DNA of 64,000 bases, taken from positions 154,565-218,564 of the forward strand of contig DBYN01000006.1 of the NCBI GenBank assembly GCA_002310415.1. Reading direction: 5' to 3'. Positions 28,280-38,838 of this stretch are shown in pieces. The position numbers were made by a program, and so were the translations under genes. Source of the DNA: Alphaproteobacteria bacterium UBA1185 (GTDB lineage Bacteria > Pseudomonadota > Alphaproteobacteria > Rs-D84). How positions within the stretch are numbered: the stretch's first letter is position 1; each line of letters opens with the position of its first letter. The notes below the pieces were generated by a model that saw nothing but the letters and a program-made list of their open reading frames with translations, did no database searches and was not told the origin of the DNA.

Positions 28280-29842
28280 ATGATGTTTAAAAAACTGGCT
28301 ATAATTTTTATTGCTTTATTTGGTATATTGTTGGCGGTACCGACATTGTCGCCGTCTTTGGCACCGTATTTTCCGTCTTGGATAAAGCCTATTCCTTTGG
28401 GATTGGATTTAAAAGGGGGGGCACAATTATTGTTGGAAGTTGATACAGATGTTATGTTAAAAGAAAAATCTGCACAATTGTATGATGAAGTGCGTTCCGC
28501 TATGATTGATCGCGACAGAGGGGTTATTCGTTTTTCCGATTTACGTAATACTGGTAAAGGGGTTAGTTTAATTGTGCGTGATGATAATATGGTATCCAAA
28601 GCCAAAGGTCGTCTTAGACATGTATTGGGCAATAATGTAGATATATCATCTAATGGGAAAACTTTATTTATAGCCTATACATCCAAGGCACGTGAAGAGA
28701 TGATAAATGATGCTATGTCGCGTAGTATTGAAATTGTTAGACGTCGTATTGATGCGCTGGGTACAAAAGAACCATCTATTCAATCTCAGGGTGGTAAATA
28801 CATTTTGGTTCAATTGCCTGGTGTTGATAATCCAGAACATATTAAAAATTTGATTGGAAAAACTGCAAAGATGTCTTTTCATTTGGTGAATGAAAATATT
28901 ACATCTGAACAGTTGACATCTGGTCATGCGCCATCTGGGACAATGTTTTTGTCGTATATGAACAGCCCAGAACAAAAGGTTCCTGTGTATACTCGTATAG
29001 AAGTGTCGGGTGATAGTTTGAAAAATTCAGAGGCCTCGTTTGACCAAAATAATATGCCTGTTGTAACAACTGAATTTGACGCATCTGGAACACGTCGATT
29101 TGCTAAATTAACAACAGAGCATGTGAACGAACGTTTCGCGATTGTGTTGGATGACAAGGTTTTGTCTGCGCCGACGATTCGTGAACCAATTCCAGGTGGG
29201 CGCGGTCAAATTTCTGGTGGATTTACATTACAAGGTGCCAAAGATCTAGCGGTTTTGTTGCGCTCTGGTGCTTTGCCGGCTCCGCTTTCTGTTATTGAAG
29301 AAAGAACAGTTGGGGCTGGATTGGGTGCAGATACAATCGCAACTGGTAAAATAGGCTCTGTGGTTGGTGTGATATTTATATTGGTATTTATGTTAATGCT
29401 TTACGGATTTTTCGGTTTTATCGCAGATGTTGTTTTAGTTGTAAATCTTATGATGATAATAGGTATTTCCGCTTTGTTTGGTGCAACTTTGACTTTGCCA
29501 GGGATTGCGGGTATTGTGTTGACTTTGGGTATGGCTGTTGACGCGAATATTTTACCTTTTGAGAGAATAAGAGATGAAGTTCGTAGTGGCGCGCCTACGT
29601 TGCGTGCGGTTGAATATGGTTTTTCACGTTCAACAAAAACTGTGTTGGATGGTGAATTAACAAATTTGATTTGCGCATTGATTTTGTTCCAGTTTGGTGC
29701 AGGTCCGATTCGTGGTTTTGCTGTAACTTTGTCAATTGGTGTTGCTACTACGTTGTTCACATGTTTGACTTTGACGAAGGTTTTGGTTGATTATTACATG
29801 AACGGCAAAAGTAGAAAAATTGGTTATATAAGAAATAAATAA
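28280..29842 (+). CDS. secD: Protein translocase subunit SecD
   Basis: 520 aa. Periplasmic domain followed by six C-terminal TM segments with the 'LTLPGIAGIVLTLGMAVDANIL' SecDF signature. Confidence 0.9.
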   Translation: MMFKKLAIIFIALFGILLAVPTLSPSLAPYFPSWIKPIPLGLDLKGGAQLLLEVDTDVMLKEKSAQLYDEVRSAMIDRDRGVIRFSDLRNTGKGVSLIVRDDNMVSKAKGRLRHVLGNNVDISSNGKTLFIAYTSKAREEMINDAMSRSIEIVRRRIDALGTKEPSIQSQGGKYILVQLPGVDNPEHIKNLIGKTAKMSFHLVNENITSEQLTSGHAPSGTMFLSYMNSPEQKVPVYTRIEVSGDSLKNSEASFDQNNMPVVTTEFDASGTRRFAKLTTEHVNERFAIVLDDKVLSAPTIREPIPGGRGQISGGFTLQGAKDLAVLLRSGALPAPLSVIEERTVGAGLGADTIATGKIGSVVGVIFILVFMLMLYGFFGFIADVVLVVNLMMIIGISALFGATLTLPGIAGIVLTLGMAVDANILPFERIRDEVRSGAPTLRAVEYGFSRSTKTVLDGELTNLICALILFQFGAGPIRGFAVTLSIGVATTLFTCLTLTKVLVDYYMNGKSRKIGYIRNK

Positions 29843-29862
29843 AAAATGCGAAGGAGTTAGTT

Positions 29863-30726
29863 ATGAAATTGCATTTTATGAAATATCGTAAATTGTCTTA
29901 CTGGATTTCTGGTATTTGTATTTTATTGTCCATTTTATCCATTATGATAAGGGGGTTCAATTATGGAATTGACTTTTCAGGTGGTATCGCAATGGAAATA
30001 ACGCCAAAAACAGCGGAGTATACCATTGATAAAATGCGTCATGATTTAGAGGCTTTTAAACCAGAATTGCAATCTGTGGACGGAAATTCAATTTTGTTGC
30101 GTGTTGGTTTGCCCAAAGGTTCGACAGATGAACAACAAAATCTTCGTGTTGCAGAAATAAAAAATATTTTGGGTAGTCGTGTTGAGTATTCTCAGATTCA
30201 AGTAGTTGGTCCAAAAATTGGCGGAGAATTAATACGTGGTGGTGTGTTGGCTATATTGGTATCATTTGTATTGATGGCAGTTTATATTTGGATTCAATAT
30301 CGTGGTGGTTATGCGGTCGGTTCGTTTGTGTCTTTGGTATTGGATTTGATTTTAATGTTTGGGTTCTTTTCTATTGTGGGATTAGAATTCAATCAGACGG
30401 CGATTGCTGTTATATTGATGGGGGTTGGTTATTCTATTAATGATAAAGTTGTGAATTATGATCGTATTGATGAAAATATAAAGAAATATCATAAAATGCC
30501 AATGTCTGATTTAATAGATTTATCTGTTAATGAAATGTTATACAGAACTATTATGACCAGTGTTTCTACTATATTGGCGATGGTTGGAATTTATATTTTT
30601 GGTGGTCAAATGTTGCGTGAATTTGCAATTGCAATGACTTTTTCAATTGTTATGGGTACATTGACCAGTATATATATATCTAATGTTATTTTGTATCATT
30701 TTAATTTAAGGGAAACCGAATATTAA
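29863..30726 (+). CDS. secF: Protein translocase subunit SecF
   Basis: 287 aa. 'GIDFSGG' start and SecDF TM core 'ILMGVGYSINDKVV'. Confidence 0.9.
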   Translation: MKLHFMKYRKLSYWISGICILLSILSIMIRGFNYGIDFSGGIAMEITPKTAEYTIDKMRHDLEAFKPELQSVDGNSILLRVGLPKGSTDEQQNLRVAEIKNILGSRVEYSQIQVVGPKIGGELIRGGVLAILVSFVLMAVYIWIQYRGGYAVGSFVSLVLDLILMFGFFSIVGLEFNQTAIAVILMGVGYSINDKVVNYDRIDENIKKYHKMPMSDLIDLSVNEMLYRTIMTSVSTILAMVGIYIFGGQMLREFAIAMTFSIVMGTLTSIYISNVILYHFNLRETEY

Positions 30727-30759
30727 AAAACGTTTCTTGGAAGCAAAGGAGAAAAAACA

Positions 30760-32262
30760 ATGAATTTAAAATATTTATTGGTTTGGGGCGGATTATTTTT
30801 GTTTCCAAGTATCTTATCGGCATCTGATGCGTCTGTTCAAAATTCTATAATTCAAGATGCAGAAACAGAAAGAATATCTAATGTATTTGCTGATATTTAT
30901 GAAAAATTAGATAGTGTAAAGTGGGCTGGTAAAAACATAGATATTGTTATAGAAAGTTTGGAATCTTTGAATCCCAAGGCTCATATAGCAGCAACTGGTG
31001 AACGGATTGTTTTAGTATGGGGTGATGAATTGGTTGGTAATTATCCATATCCAACAGAAAAAAATTGGAAAGAATATGGTCAAATAACAACTGCTTTGAT
31101 TATGAATATGCGTGAAAAAGATGCCAATTTACGGTCTTTGAATGATGTAGAATTATATAATGTTGTTGTTAACGCTTTGTTGTCCGGCATAGATGAAAAT
31201 GGTGGTTATATATATTCAAAAGATGCTATTAAAGAAAATGATTTTAAGATGTTAACCAGTATCGGGTTTGATGGTGGACGTGATGAATACGGTAATTTCA
31301 GGGTTATGGGTGTTTTTAAAGACTCGCCTGCAGATATTGCAGGAATAGAAAGCGGTGATATAATTTCTGAAATAAACGGTAAACGTGTATCACAAATGAA
31401 GGATAGCGAGATATCTGCTGTGTTAGTGGGGTATAATTCTGGTACTTCGAAATTAAAATTATTAACTCCGACAGGAAACAGAAATGTTTCGTTGCGACGT
31501 GCAACAGTTGTGTTGGCTGATGCCGATGTTATATATCGTGCCTTGGACGATAAAGACGGTATATTAGAGATTATCATACATAAAATATCTGATGGTGCTG
31601 TTAACATAGTTAATGAAGCATTAGCCAAGCATAATAATACCAGTGGTATCATTTTAGATTTACGTACCAGTTTGGGTGATGATGAAAAAGCCGCTGCTAA
31701 ATTAGCCGGTTTATTTGTTGGCAAAAAACCAGTGATGAGAATTGCAGAAACATCTTTTGATGAATTAGAGGTTGTTCCAGGTGGTGATGCAGTTACTGAT
31801 GCTCCAGTTATTGTTTTAATATCTGATACAACACGTGGCACAGCCGAAGCGGTGGCATCTGCATTTTATGAAAACAAGCGTGGTGTTTTAATAGGGACAC
31901 CAACAGCTGGTCATTCCAGAATAGCAAGTATTATTGATTTAAAAAATGGTGGGGCGTTAGAGTTATTTAATAAATCTGTAAAAACAGGACAAGGAAACAC
32001 CCTGGATGGTCGTGGTATGTTCCCATTGGTTTGTTTATCTAATATACGAAACGAATCGCAACAAGAAGCATTTTTCTTGAATGTTCTAAACGGTGATTTT
32101 AATGCACGTGATTATAATAAAAACGTGAAAGTTGATGTGAAATCTTTGCGCAAAGCCTGCCCAAAAATCACAAGTGGTACAGATGAGGATAACATAGCAA
32201 CTGCGGTTAGTGTGAAGATTTTAACAGATAAAAAAATATATCAAGAACTAATGGATTTATAA
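30760..32262 (+). CDS. S41 (C-terminal processing peptidase)-like periplasmic protein with PDZ domain; catalytic Ser/Lys positions apparently substituted
   Basis: Signal peptide. PDZ 'GVFKDSPADIAGIESGDIISEINGKRV'. The S41 core aligns with 'LINGGSASASE...GTRSFGKG' but reads 'LISDTTRGTAE...GTPTAGHS'. Confidence 0.5.
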   Translation: MNLKYLLVWGGLFLFPSILSASDASVQNSIIQDAETERISNVFADIYEKLDSVKWAGKNIDIVIESLESLNPKAHIAATGERIVLVWGDELVGNYPYPTEKNWKEYGQITTALIMNMREKDANLRSLNDVELYNVVVNALLSGIDENGGYIYSKDAIKENDFKMLTSIGFDGGRDEYGNFRVMGVFKDSPADIAGIESGDIISEINGKRVSQMKDSEISAVLVGYNSGTSKLKLLTPTGNRNVSLRRATVVLADADVIYRALDDKDGILEIIIHKISDGAVNIVNEALAKHNNTSGIILDLRTSLGDDEKAAAKLAGLFVGKKPVMRIAETSFDELEVVPGGDAVTDAPVIVLISDTTRGTAEAVASAFYENKRGVLIGTPTAGHSRIASIIDLKNGGALELFNKSVKTGQGNTLDGRGMFPLVCLSNIRNESQQEAFFLNVLNGDFNARDYNKNVKVDVKSLRKACPKITSGTDEDNIATAVSVKILTDKKIYQELMDL

Positions 32263-32263
32263 A

Positions 32264-32947
32264 ATGTTTATACAAAAAGACAATACAATTAAATGGAAGT
32301 GGGTATTATTTGGCGCGATTATTGTCATTGCGCTGGTTTTATGTGGGGTGTTTTGGGGTGACAAAATATTGCATCCTTTGATTCATCGTCCAACTTGCAG
32401 CACATGGGATTATAGCAAGACTATTTTGTGTTCAATAGCACTTGGTATCGGTAAAGCATTTGCATCAAAAATGTGGCTTTTGGTATCGGGGTTATCCGTT
32501 TTGTTTTTCTTTGTATACAAAGCAATCCGTAACGAATTTGATTTCAGGTATGCTTTTGTAAAAATTAAAAACAGTTATGTGTTTTATATATTTTGTTCTG
32601 TGGTTTTGGCTTTTATTATGACGGGATGTTTAAAGGTTTTGATTGGACGTTCACGACCAATTTTATTTGAAGCATTTGGTGTGGCTGTTTTTAAACCAGG
32701 TACGTTTTTTAGATTATATCATTCTATGCCGTCTGGTCATACTGCGGTAAGTTTTGCTGGATTGATTATGATAGGTATGTTGTTTCCGCGTATAAAGTGG
32801 ATTGCCTGGATGATGGCGATTATTATTGGTGTATCACGTATCTATGTTGGTGCTCATTGGCCAAGCGATGTTATATTGGGCGCGTTCGTTGGCTTGTTGT
32901 GTGCGGATTTGGTAAAGATGGGTTTGCGTAAAATCAATACTAAATGA
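32264..32947 (+). CDS. PAP2-family membrane phosphatase (PgpB/LpxE-like)
   Basis: PAP2 motifs 'KVLIGRSRP', 'PSGHT', 'SRIYVGAHWPSD'. Six TM segments. Confidence 0.8.
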   Translation: MFIQKDNTIKWKWVLFGAIIVIALVLCGVFWGDKILHPLIHRPTCSTWDYSKTILCSIALGIGKAFASKMWLLVSGLSVLFFFVYKAIRNEFDFRYAFVKIKNSYVFYIFCSVVLAFIMTGCLKVLIGRSRPILFEAFGVAVFKPGTFFRLYHSMPSGHTAVSFAGLIMIGMLFPRIKWIAWMMAIIIGVSRIYVGAHWPSDVILGAFVGLLCADLVKMGLRKINTK

Positions 32948-32957
32948 TTTTTGCACT

Positions 32958-35186
32958 TTGGTTTGTTTTGTGATAAAATACCCGTTGATGGAAAGAAAAT
33001 CAAAGTTTTTACCAACCAGTATTTCTGTTATGTTACGTAATTTATTATTGCGTAGTGGTGGAATTGTTTTGTGTTTTGTGTCTTTGTGGTTGGTTATTTC
33101 ATTGATATTTTTTAATCCCTATTTATCTGGCTTTTCTGTTGATGGAAATTTTGGTGTGCAGGGTATAACAGGTAATATTGTCGGTTTTATAAGATATATG
33201 ATTGGATTTATTCCGGCACTATTTCTGTTTTTATGTTTGGGACGATTTGGACTAAGTCTTTTGATTGGTTGGGATGAAGAACGTGCACCAGAATATAATT
33301 TTTTGCGCGGTTTTGTTACTTTGTGTATTGGGGCCGCGGGGTTGGGTTTGATTTCTACATCCAATACGTATGGTGGAATGCTCGGTTCCATTGTTGTGGC
33401 GGATGTTGGACCAATTTTATCTGTTGCTGCGATGCCAATAGGTTTTATTTTAATAGCCTTGTTTTGTGTTATGGCTGGGATTTTATTACATGTAAAATGG
33501 TATCATGTTCAAGGGGCTGTGCGGACAACGTATCGTTTGGTTCGAAATGTATTGTCGGCTTTCCATTTAATCGCCCCGTTGGAACCAGAAGTTGAAGAAG
33601 TTGTAGAAGAAGATGATGTTGAAGAAGAAATTGAAGAGGAACAAGAAAAACCAAAACGAAAACGTGTATCTCGTAAGAAAGTCGTTGATATTATTGAAGA
33701 GCGGGAATATGAGTTACCAGATCCAGAATTATTAGAAAAATCGGTTTTTGGTAAAAATATTATTACGCCAGAATTTAAACAGACTGCGCAATTATTACAA
33801 GACCATTTCGAAGAATTTGGTATTCGCGGAGAAGTTGTTGGAATTAAACCTGGACCAATTGTAACACAATATGAATTTGAACCAGAACCTGGAACCAGAA
33901 TAGCCAAAATTACAGAGACGGCCAGTGATATGACACGCGCGATGGCAACCGAAAAAATTCGTATTACGCCTATTGCAGGAACAAAATATATTGGTATAGA
34001 AATGGTAAATTTGGATAGAAAGAAAGTGCGTTATCAAACTTTGATGTCTAATCCATCCTTTGTTAATTCTAAATATTCGATACCTTTGGCTTTGGGGGTG
34101 AATATCAGTGGTGAAGCCATGTATTATGATTTGGCAAAAATGCCACATATGATGATTGCTGGTAGAACAGGGTCTGGTAAGTCTGTTTTTGTTCAATCTA
34201 TTATAACTTCGATTGTTTATCATTTTACACCAGATAAATGTAAATTGATGATTATTGATCCTAAGGCAGTGGATTTTGCAGCGTGGGATAATATTCCACA
34301 TTTAATTACACCCGTGGTTACTGACCCAACAGAATCTGTCAATGCTTTGAAATGGTCTGTGCGTGATATGGAAGAGCGGTACAAAAAATTAAAAAAGTTG
34401 GGTGTTCGTAATATTGGTGAATATAATGCCAAAGTGTCCGCTTTGCGTGATAGTGGCGAAGTTTTGACCGAGCAAGTGGTTGTAGGAACAGATGAAGAAA
34501 CTGGCGAATTTGAATATGAAACACAGCAGATAGATTTGTCTGATATGCCGTATTTGGTCATCATAATAGACGAGGTGGCGGATTTAATGACTATCGCACG
34601 CAAAGATGTGGAATTATGTGTGCAACGTTTGGCTCAAAAGGCACGTGCGGCAGGTATTCATTTGGTTATGGCGACTCAGCGTCCATCCGCAGATGTTATT
34701 ACCGGTGTTATCAAAGCAAACTTTCCAACGCGCATCTCTTTTCAGGCGCGCAGTAATATAGACTCTATGACTACATTGGGTGAAAAGGGAGCAGAACAAT
34801 TATTGCCTTGTGGTGATATGTTATTTAGTGAAGCAGGGCGACCGCCAGTGCGTATTCATGGTGCATTGATTGATAATGATGAAGTGAATCGTGTTGCTGA
34901 GTTTTTACGTGAACAGGGCGAGCCAGAATATACCGAAGGTATTACGGCAGAAGAAGCATCTGCATCAGATACAATTCCGGGAATGCCAGCATCAAAAGAA
35001 TCTAAGTCAAATGATTTGTATGAACAAGCCAAAGAAATTGTCTTGCGTGATAAAAAACCAACTATTTCGTATTTGCAACGTCGTTTAGCAATTGGATATA
35101 ACAAAGCTGCTACTTTGATTGAACGTATGGAAGAAGAAGGATTAATAAGTGCGGCAGATGTATCTGGAAAACGCCATATTTTATAA
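32958..35186 (+). CDS. ftsK: DNA translocase FtsK
   Basis: N-terminal TM segments, an acidic linker, Walker A 'GRTGSGKSV', 'ATQRPS', and a C-terminal gamma domain 'LYEQAKEIVLRDKKPTISYLQRRLAIGYNKAA'. Confidence 0.9.
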   Translation: MVCFVIKYPLMERKSKFLPTSISVMLRNLLLRSGGIVLCFVSLWLVISLIFFNPYLSGFSVDGNFGVQGITGNIVGFIRYMIGFIPALFLFLCLGRFGLSLLIGWDEERAPEYNFLRGFVTLCIGAAGLGLISTSNTYGGMLGSIVVADVGPILSVAAMPIGFILIALFCVMAGILLHVKWYHVQGAVRTTYRLVRNVLSAFHLIAPLEPEVEEVVEEDDVEEEIEEEQEKPKRKRVSRKKVVDIIEEREYELPDPELLEKSVFGKNIITPEFKQTAQLLQDHFEEFGIRGEVVGIKPGPIVTQYEFEPEPGTRIAKITETASDMTRAMATEKIRITPIAGTKYIGIEMVNLDRKKVRYQTLMSNPSFVNSKYSIPLALGVNISGEAMYYDLAKMPHMMIAGRTGSGKSVFVQSIITSIVYHFTPDKCKLMIIDPKAVDFAAWDNIPHLITPVVTDPTESVNALKWSVRDMEERYKKLKKLGVRNIGEYNAKVSALRDSGEVLTEQVVVGTDEETGEFEYETQQIDLSDMPYLVIIIDEVADLMTIARKDVELCVQRLAQKARAAGIHLVMATQRPSADVITGVIKANFPTRISFQARSNIDSMTTLGEKGAEQLLPCGDMLFSEAGRPPVRIHGALIDNDEVNRVAEFLREQGEPEYTEGITAEEASASDTIPGMPASKESKSNDLYEQAKEIVLRDKKPTISYLQRRLAIGYNKAATLIERMEEEGLISAADVSGKRHIL

Positions 35187-35274
35187 ATATGTTTTAATTT
35201 ATTTTTTTGTATTTTTGGCTTTTTTATAATCAATTTTTATGATATAATACCGGTAAAATGAAAGGAGTTTTTAT

Positions 35275-36570
35275 ATGAAAAAAAGTATGTTAGTTTTGAT
35301 TTTACTTGGATTAATGCCTGTTTTGGGTGCTGGTGCGTATGAATATCGTAAAGAGAGCAGTCAATACACCACCACTCGTTCGTCAGATGGGTATAAAAAA
35401 TCTAGGACGGTTCGTAAAACTGGCAGTTATCACAATACTATAAATAATAATTTTTATTATGCTCAGCCATCACAACCATCGAATCGTTCACAGATGTATC
35501 GTGATTATGACAGCGAATATGTTTCGCGTGAAACGATTGTTGAAAAAGATGATTCTGTTTTGCAAATAAGACCGGAACGTTCATCCCAGGAACGTAAATA
35601 TTTCTTGGCACATCCATTTTTTCAACCGTTGCAATCAAGATTTGGTTCTGTAACAGATGTGTCATATGCTAATGGAAATATGGATTTCAGTTTGTTGGAT
35701 GGTACGTTTTATGATTTGGATAAACCTGTGCCGGCTGGGTATAATGATGCCGTTTATGCAGATATAAATCTTAAAGGCGAATCATCAGTAAAACAGTTCT
35801 TGGTCAAAGAAGATTTCAGTTTGGGTTTATCTGATACTTTGGCATTGATTTTGATGGCTCAATATGATTCTACCAAGGTTAAATTTGATAATTGGTCCAG
35901 TGGTGAAAAGGGTAGTTCGTCTTCTAATTCTGGCGTAAATGTGTTTGGTATTGGTTTACAAAATCGCTTTATTGATAATGGCGAATGGATTGCGATGTTT
36001 TCTGGATTTTTCCAACATCAAAAAGATACAGCTAATTCATTTATCTTTGATATCAAGGGTGGATACAAGATTGACAGAACAACTGTATACGGATTGGCAC
36101 GTTTGGGATATTCAAATTTGACAGATGGTGATGTATATGGTGTCAAAGTTGATGAAGACACTGGTGATTATATGGTTTTAACCTATAAAACAGATGTTAA
36201 AGATATCGTAAATGTAGAAGTTGGTGGTGGTGTATTCTCTGTTTTGGATAAAACCATTTATCTTGGGGGTGAAATGCTTTACGGACACTATGATTGGCAC
36301 AATCAATTGAATATCAAAGGTACAATTGGTTTCCAACCACGTGAATCTTTTGCATTAAGTTTATACGCATCTACTTCATTGTATGATTCAGCCAAGGGAA
36401 AAATAAATCAATTTATCAATTACGATGTAGATCCTGCACCAGTTGTTGACCCAGAAACAGAAAACGTACTGACAAATCCAGATAGCAGATTGGGGTACAC
36501 TGTTGGCAATTACGAAGTCAACAAATATAATGAATGGAAAATAGGTGTTCAACTTATTGCATATTTCTAA
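35275..36570 (+). CDS. Putative outer-membrane beta-barrel protein (signal peptide, C-terminal aromatic residue)
   Basis: Signal 'MKKSMLVLILLGLMPVLGAGA'. Alternating hydrophobic beta strands. Ends in '...IGVQLIAYF'. Confidence 0.45.
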   Translation: MKKSMLVLILLGLMPVLGAGAYEYRKESSQYTTTRSSDGYKKSRTVRKTGSYHNTINNNFYYAQPSQPSNRSQMYRDYDSEYVSRETIVEKDDSVLQIRPERSSQERKYFLAHPFFQPLQSRFGSVTDVSYANGNMDFSLLDGTFYDLDKPVPAGYNDAVYADINLKGESSVKQFLVKEDFSLGLSDTLALILMAQYDSTKVKFDNWSSGEKGSSSSNSGVNVFGIGLQNRFIDNGEWIAMFSGFFQHQKDTANSFIFDIKGGYKIDRTTVYGLARLGYSNLTDGDVYGVKVDEDTGDYMVLTYKTDVKDIVNVEVGGGVFSVLDKTIYLGGEMLYGHYDWHNQLNIKGTIGFQPRESFALSLYASTSLYDSAKGKINQFINYDVDPAPVVDPETENVLTNPDSRLGYTVGNYEVNKYNEWKIGVQLIAYF

Positions 36571-36605
36571 TCAGTTGTCTTGTGTATAACTGTGGTGTTG
36601 GTGTG

Positions 36606-37478
36606 ATGAAAAAGTATTTGTTGGCATTAATTGGTTTGTTCGTTGTAAATGTTGCGCTGGCGCAAGGTGTAGTGTTGTCTGATACTTATGTATCAGATGA
36701 TGCTTTGACGGAAGAACCTGTTGTCGAAGAACCTTTTGTTGCGCCGCAATCGTCGAAGTCTGTTGTATCACAAAAATCTGGTGGGTATGTTGAACAACAG
36801 GTGAAACCTGTATTTCGTGGTGTTGTATCAAATGATTTATCTGACCCCTTGTTTATGTTACCAGATGATAGATTTTTATCTGATACGTTTGTTAATTTCA
36901 TAGACAGTAAATTACGTCTGGGGCAGTATATTGGATATGGTATAAATAACAATTTTGTTATTCATGCCAGTATGCTTTATCAGATAGATTTTACACGAAA
37001 TCATGAAAATGGTTTTTCCAGTACTGAATTTGGTGGAATATATCGTATGAACCATGGAACGGGCCAATCGCATATAATTTCAGATGTTTTGTTTGGGTTG
37101 AAGTTATGGGGTTCATCGCATGTTAGAACACCAGAATATGCAGATTCGTCTTATTATGCAGGATTGCGTTTTGGACGTCAATTTGCAGGTTTAACATTGG
37201 CGGGAACCGTAAAATCTACGTGGGTATTCCAAGATGAACGTGGATTATCTTATATTGATTTTATTCCAGAGGCGTATTTTAGATTTCAATATGATTGGCG
37301 TGCAGGTTTGGGATTTGATTTCAGGAAATCTACGAACAGATTTTTATTGCCAAATCAAGGGTGGTTAAATTTGAAACTGTTACGTCAGTATGGCAATACT
37401 CAATGGGTTGGACGGTTTGATTATGAATTTGAATCCGAAGAAGTTCAAGTTGGTATGAATATCAAGATATTGTTTTAA
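36606..37478 (+). CDS. Putative outer-membrane beta-barrel protein (second of tandem pair)
   Basis: Signal 'MKKYLLALIGLFVVNVALAQG'. Ends in '...VGMNIKILF'. Start set at the internal MKKYLL. Confidence 0.45.
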   Translation: MKKYLLALIGLFVVNVALAQGVVLSDTYVSDDALTEEPVVEEPFVAPQSSKSVVSQKSGGYVEQQVKPVFRGVVSNDLSDPLFMLPDDRFLSDTFVNFIDSKLRLGQYIGYGINNNFVIHASMLYQIDFTRNHENGFSSTEFGGIYRMNHGTGQSHIISDVLFGLKLWGSSHVRTPEYADSSYYAGLRFGRQFAGLTLAGTVKSTWVFQDERGLSYIDFIPEAYFRFQYDWRAGLGFDFRKSTNRFLLPNQGWLNLKLLRQYGNTQWVGRFDYEFESEEVQVGMNIKILF

Positions 37479-37484
37479 TTTATA

Positions 37485-38741
37485 TTATTTTTTTCTAAAA
37501 CTGTTCCAATATTCCAGACGTTTTTTTATTTCGCGTTCAAAACCTCTTTCGATTGGTTGGTATAGATTGACACGTTTCATACCATCTGGAAAACAATTTT
37601 GTCCACTGCAACCGCTTTCTGTTTCTGGGTCATAAACATAGCCATCGCTGTATCCTAGATTTTTCATCATTTTTGTTGGTGCGTTTAATATGTTTTTGGG
37701 TGGCATTAAACTGCCTGTGTCGCGCGCAAGTTTATATGATGCGGTTTGTGCTTTGTATGTAGAAATACTTTTGGGTGATGTTGATAAATATATAACCAAT
37801 TCTGTAATGGCGATATCGCCTTCGGGTGAACCCATACGTTCGTATATTTGCCACGCAGATAAAGCAATTTGCATAGCGTTCGGGTCGGCCAAACCGATAT
37901 CTTCCATCGCAAAACGTGTTAGACGACGTAGAATATATCGTGGGTCTTGACCAGATGTTATCATGCGTGCAACCCAATATAGTGCGGCATCTGTATCTGA
38001 TGCGCGTAGTGATTTATGTACAGCAGATATTAAATTGTAATGTTCATCGCCAGATTTGTCGGACATAGGTGCGCGTTTTTGAATTGTTTTGTCCAATGTT
38101 TCTGGTGTTAAATCTTTTTTAAATTTTACGCCAGAAATATATTCAACGGTATTTAATAAAAATCTTGCATCACCATCCGCCATTTGTGCAAGATGTATTT
38201 TTGCATCATCTGTCAAAGGTAATTTTTTATCTAAAAATTTTTCTGCACGTTCAATCAATGTCAATAAATCCGTCGTAGACAGCGGTTTTAATACGCCAAT
38301 ATGACAACGTGATAATAACGCGTTGTTCAAATTAAAACTGGGGTTTTCTGTTGTAGCACCGACAAATACAACTGTCCCATCTTCAAGATAAGGTAACAAT
38401 GTATCTTGTTGTGTTTTATTAAATCGATGAATTTCATCAATAAACAACAATGTATTGCGCCCAATATCGTGATTCATACGTGCGCTGTCCATCGCTTTTT
38501 TTATATCAGCAGTTCCAGAAAATACGGCAGACATTGGAACAAAATCCATATCTATGGAATTAGCCAATGCGCGTGCAATTGTGGTCTTTCCGCATCCGGG
38601 CGGGCCCCATAATAATAAATTAGACAGATTGCCATTTTCAACCATACGGCGAACAATACCGTTTTCACCAAGTAAATCAGTTTGACCAACAATTTCATCA
38701 ATCGTTTTTGGACGCATTAAATCGGCAAGTGGTCTGGTCAT
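37485..38741 (-). CDS. rarA: Replication-associated recombination protein A (RarA/MgsA AAA+ ATPase)
   Basis: 'LLLWGPPGCGKTTIARALA', 'FIDEIHRFNKTQQD', and a MgsA C-terminal helical domain. Confidence 0.85.
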   Translation of the reverse strand: MTRPLADLMRPKTIDEIVGQTDLLGENGIVRRMVENGNLSNLLLWGPPGCGKTTIARALANSIDMDFVPMSAVFSGTADIKKAMDSARMNHDIGRNTLLFIDEIHRFNKTQQDTLLPYLEDGTVVFVGATTENPSFNLNNALLSRCHIGVLKPLSTTDLLTLIERAEKFLDKKLPLTDDAKIHLAQMADGDARFLLNTVEYISGVKFKKDLTPETLDKTIQKRAPMSDKSGDEHYNLISAVHKSLRASDTDAALYWVARMITSGQDPRYILRRLTRFAMEDIGLADPNAMQIALSAWQIYERMGSPEGDIAITELVIYLSTSPKSISTYKAQTASYKLARDTGSLMPPKNILNAPTKMMKNLGYSDGYVYDPETESGCSGQNCFPDGMKRVNLYQPIERGFEREIKKRLEYWNSFRKK

Positions 38742-38838
38742 TTTTCTTTCTTTATTATCCTTTTATGATATAATAATCATATTAAATAATTAAAGATTTA
38801 TCAAGACGGAAAACAAAATTGAACAAGGTAGGTTTATT

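Noticed and set aside
28066-28632. 188-aa ORF on - strand spanning the yajC-secD junction
   Set aside because: Overlaps two well-supported + strand genes. No motifs and no RBS.
31206-31841. 211-aa ORF on - strand
   Set aside because: Antisense within the S41-like gene, whose signal peptide, PDZ and S41 blocks are all on the + strand.
33509-33907. 132-aa Ser-rich ORF on - strand (and 33795-34301, 34220-34603)
   Set aside because: Antisense to ftsK. The Ser-runs are the complement of the GAA/GAG-rich acidic linker of FtsK, so this is an artefact.
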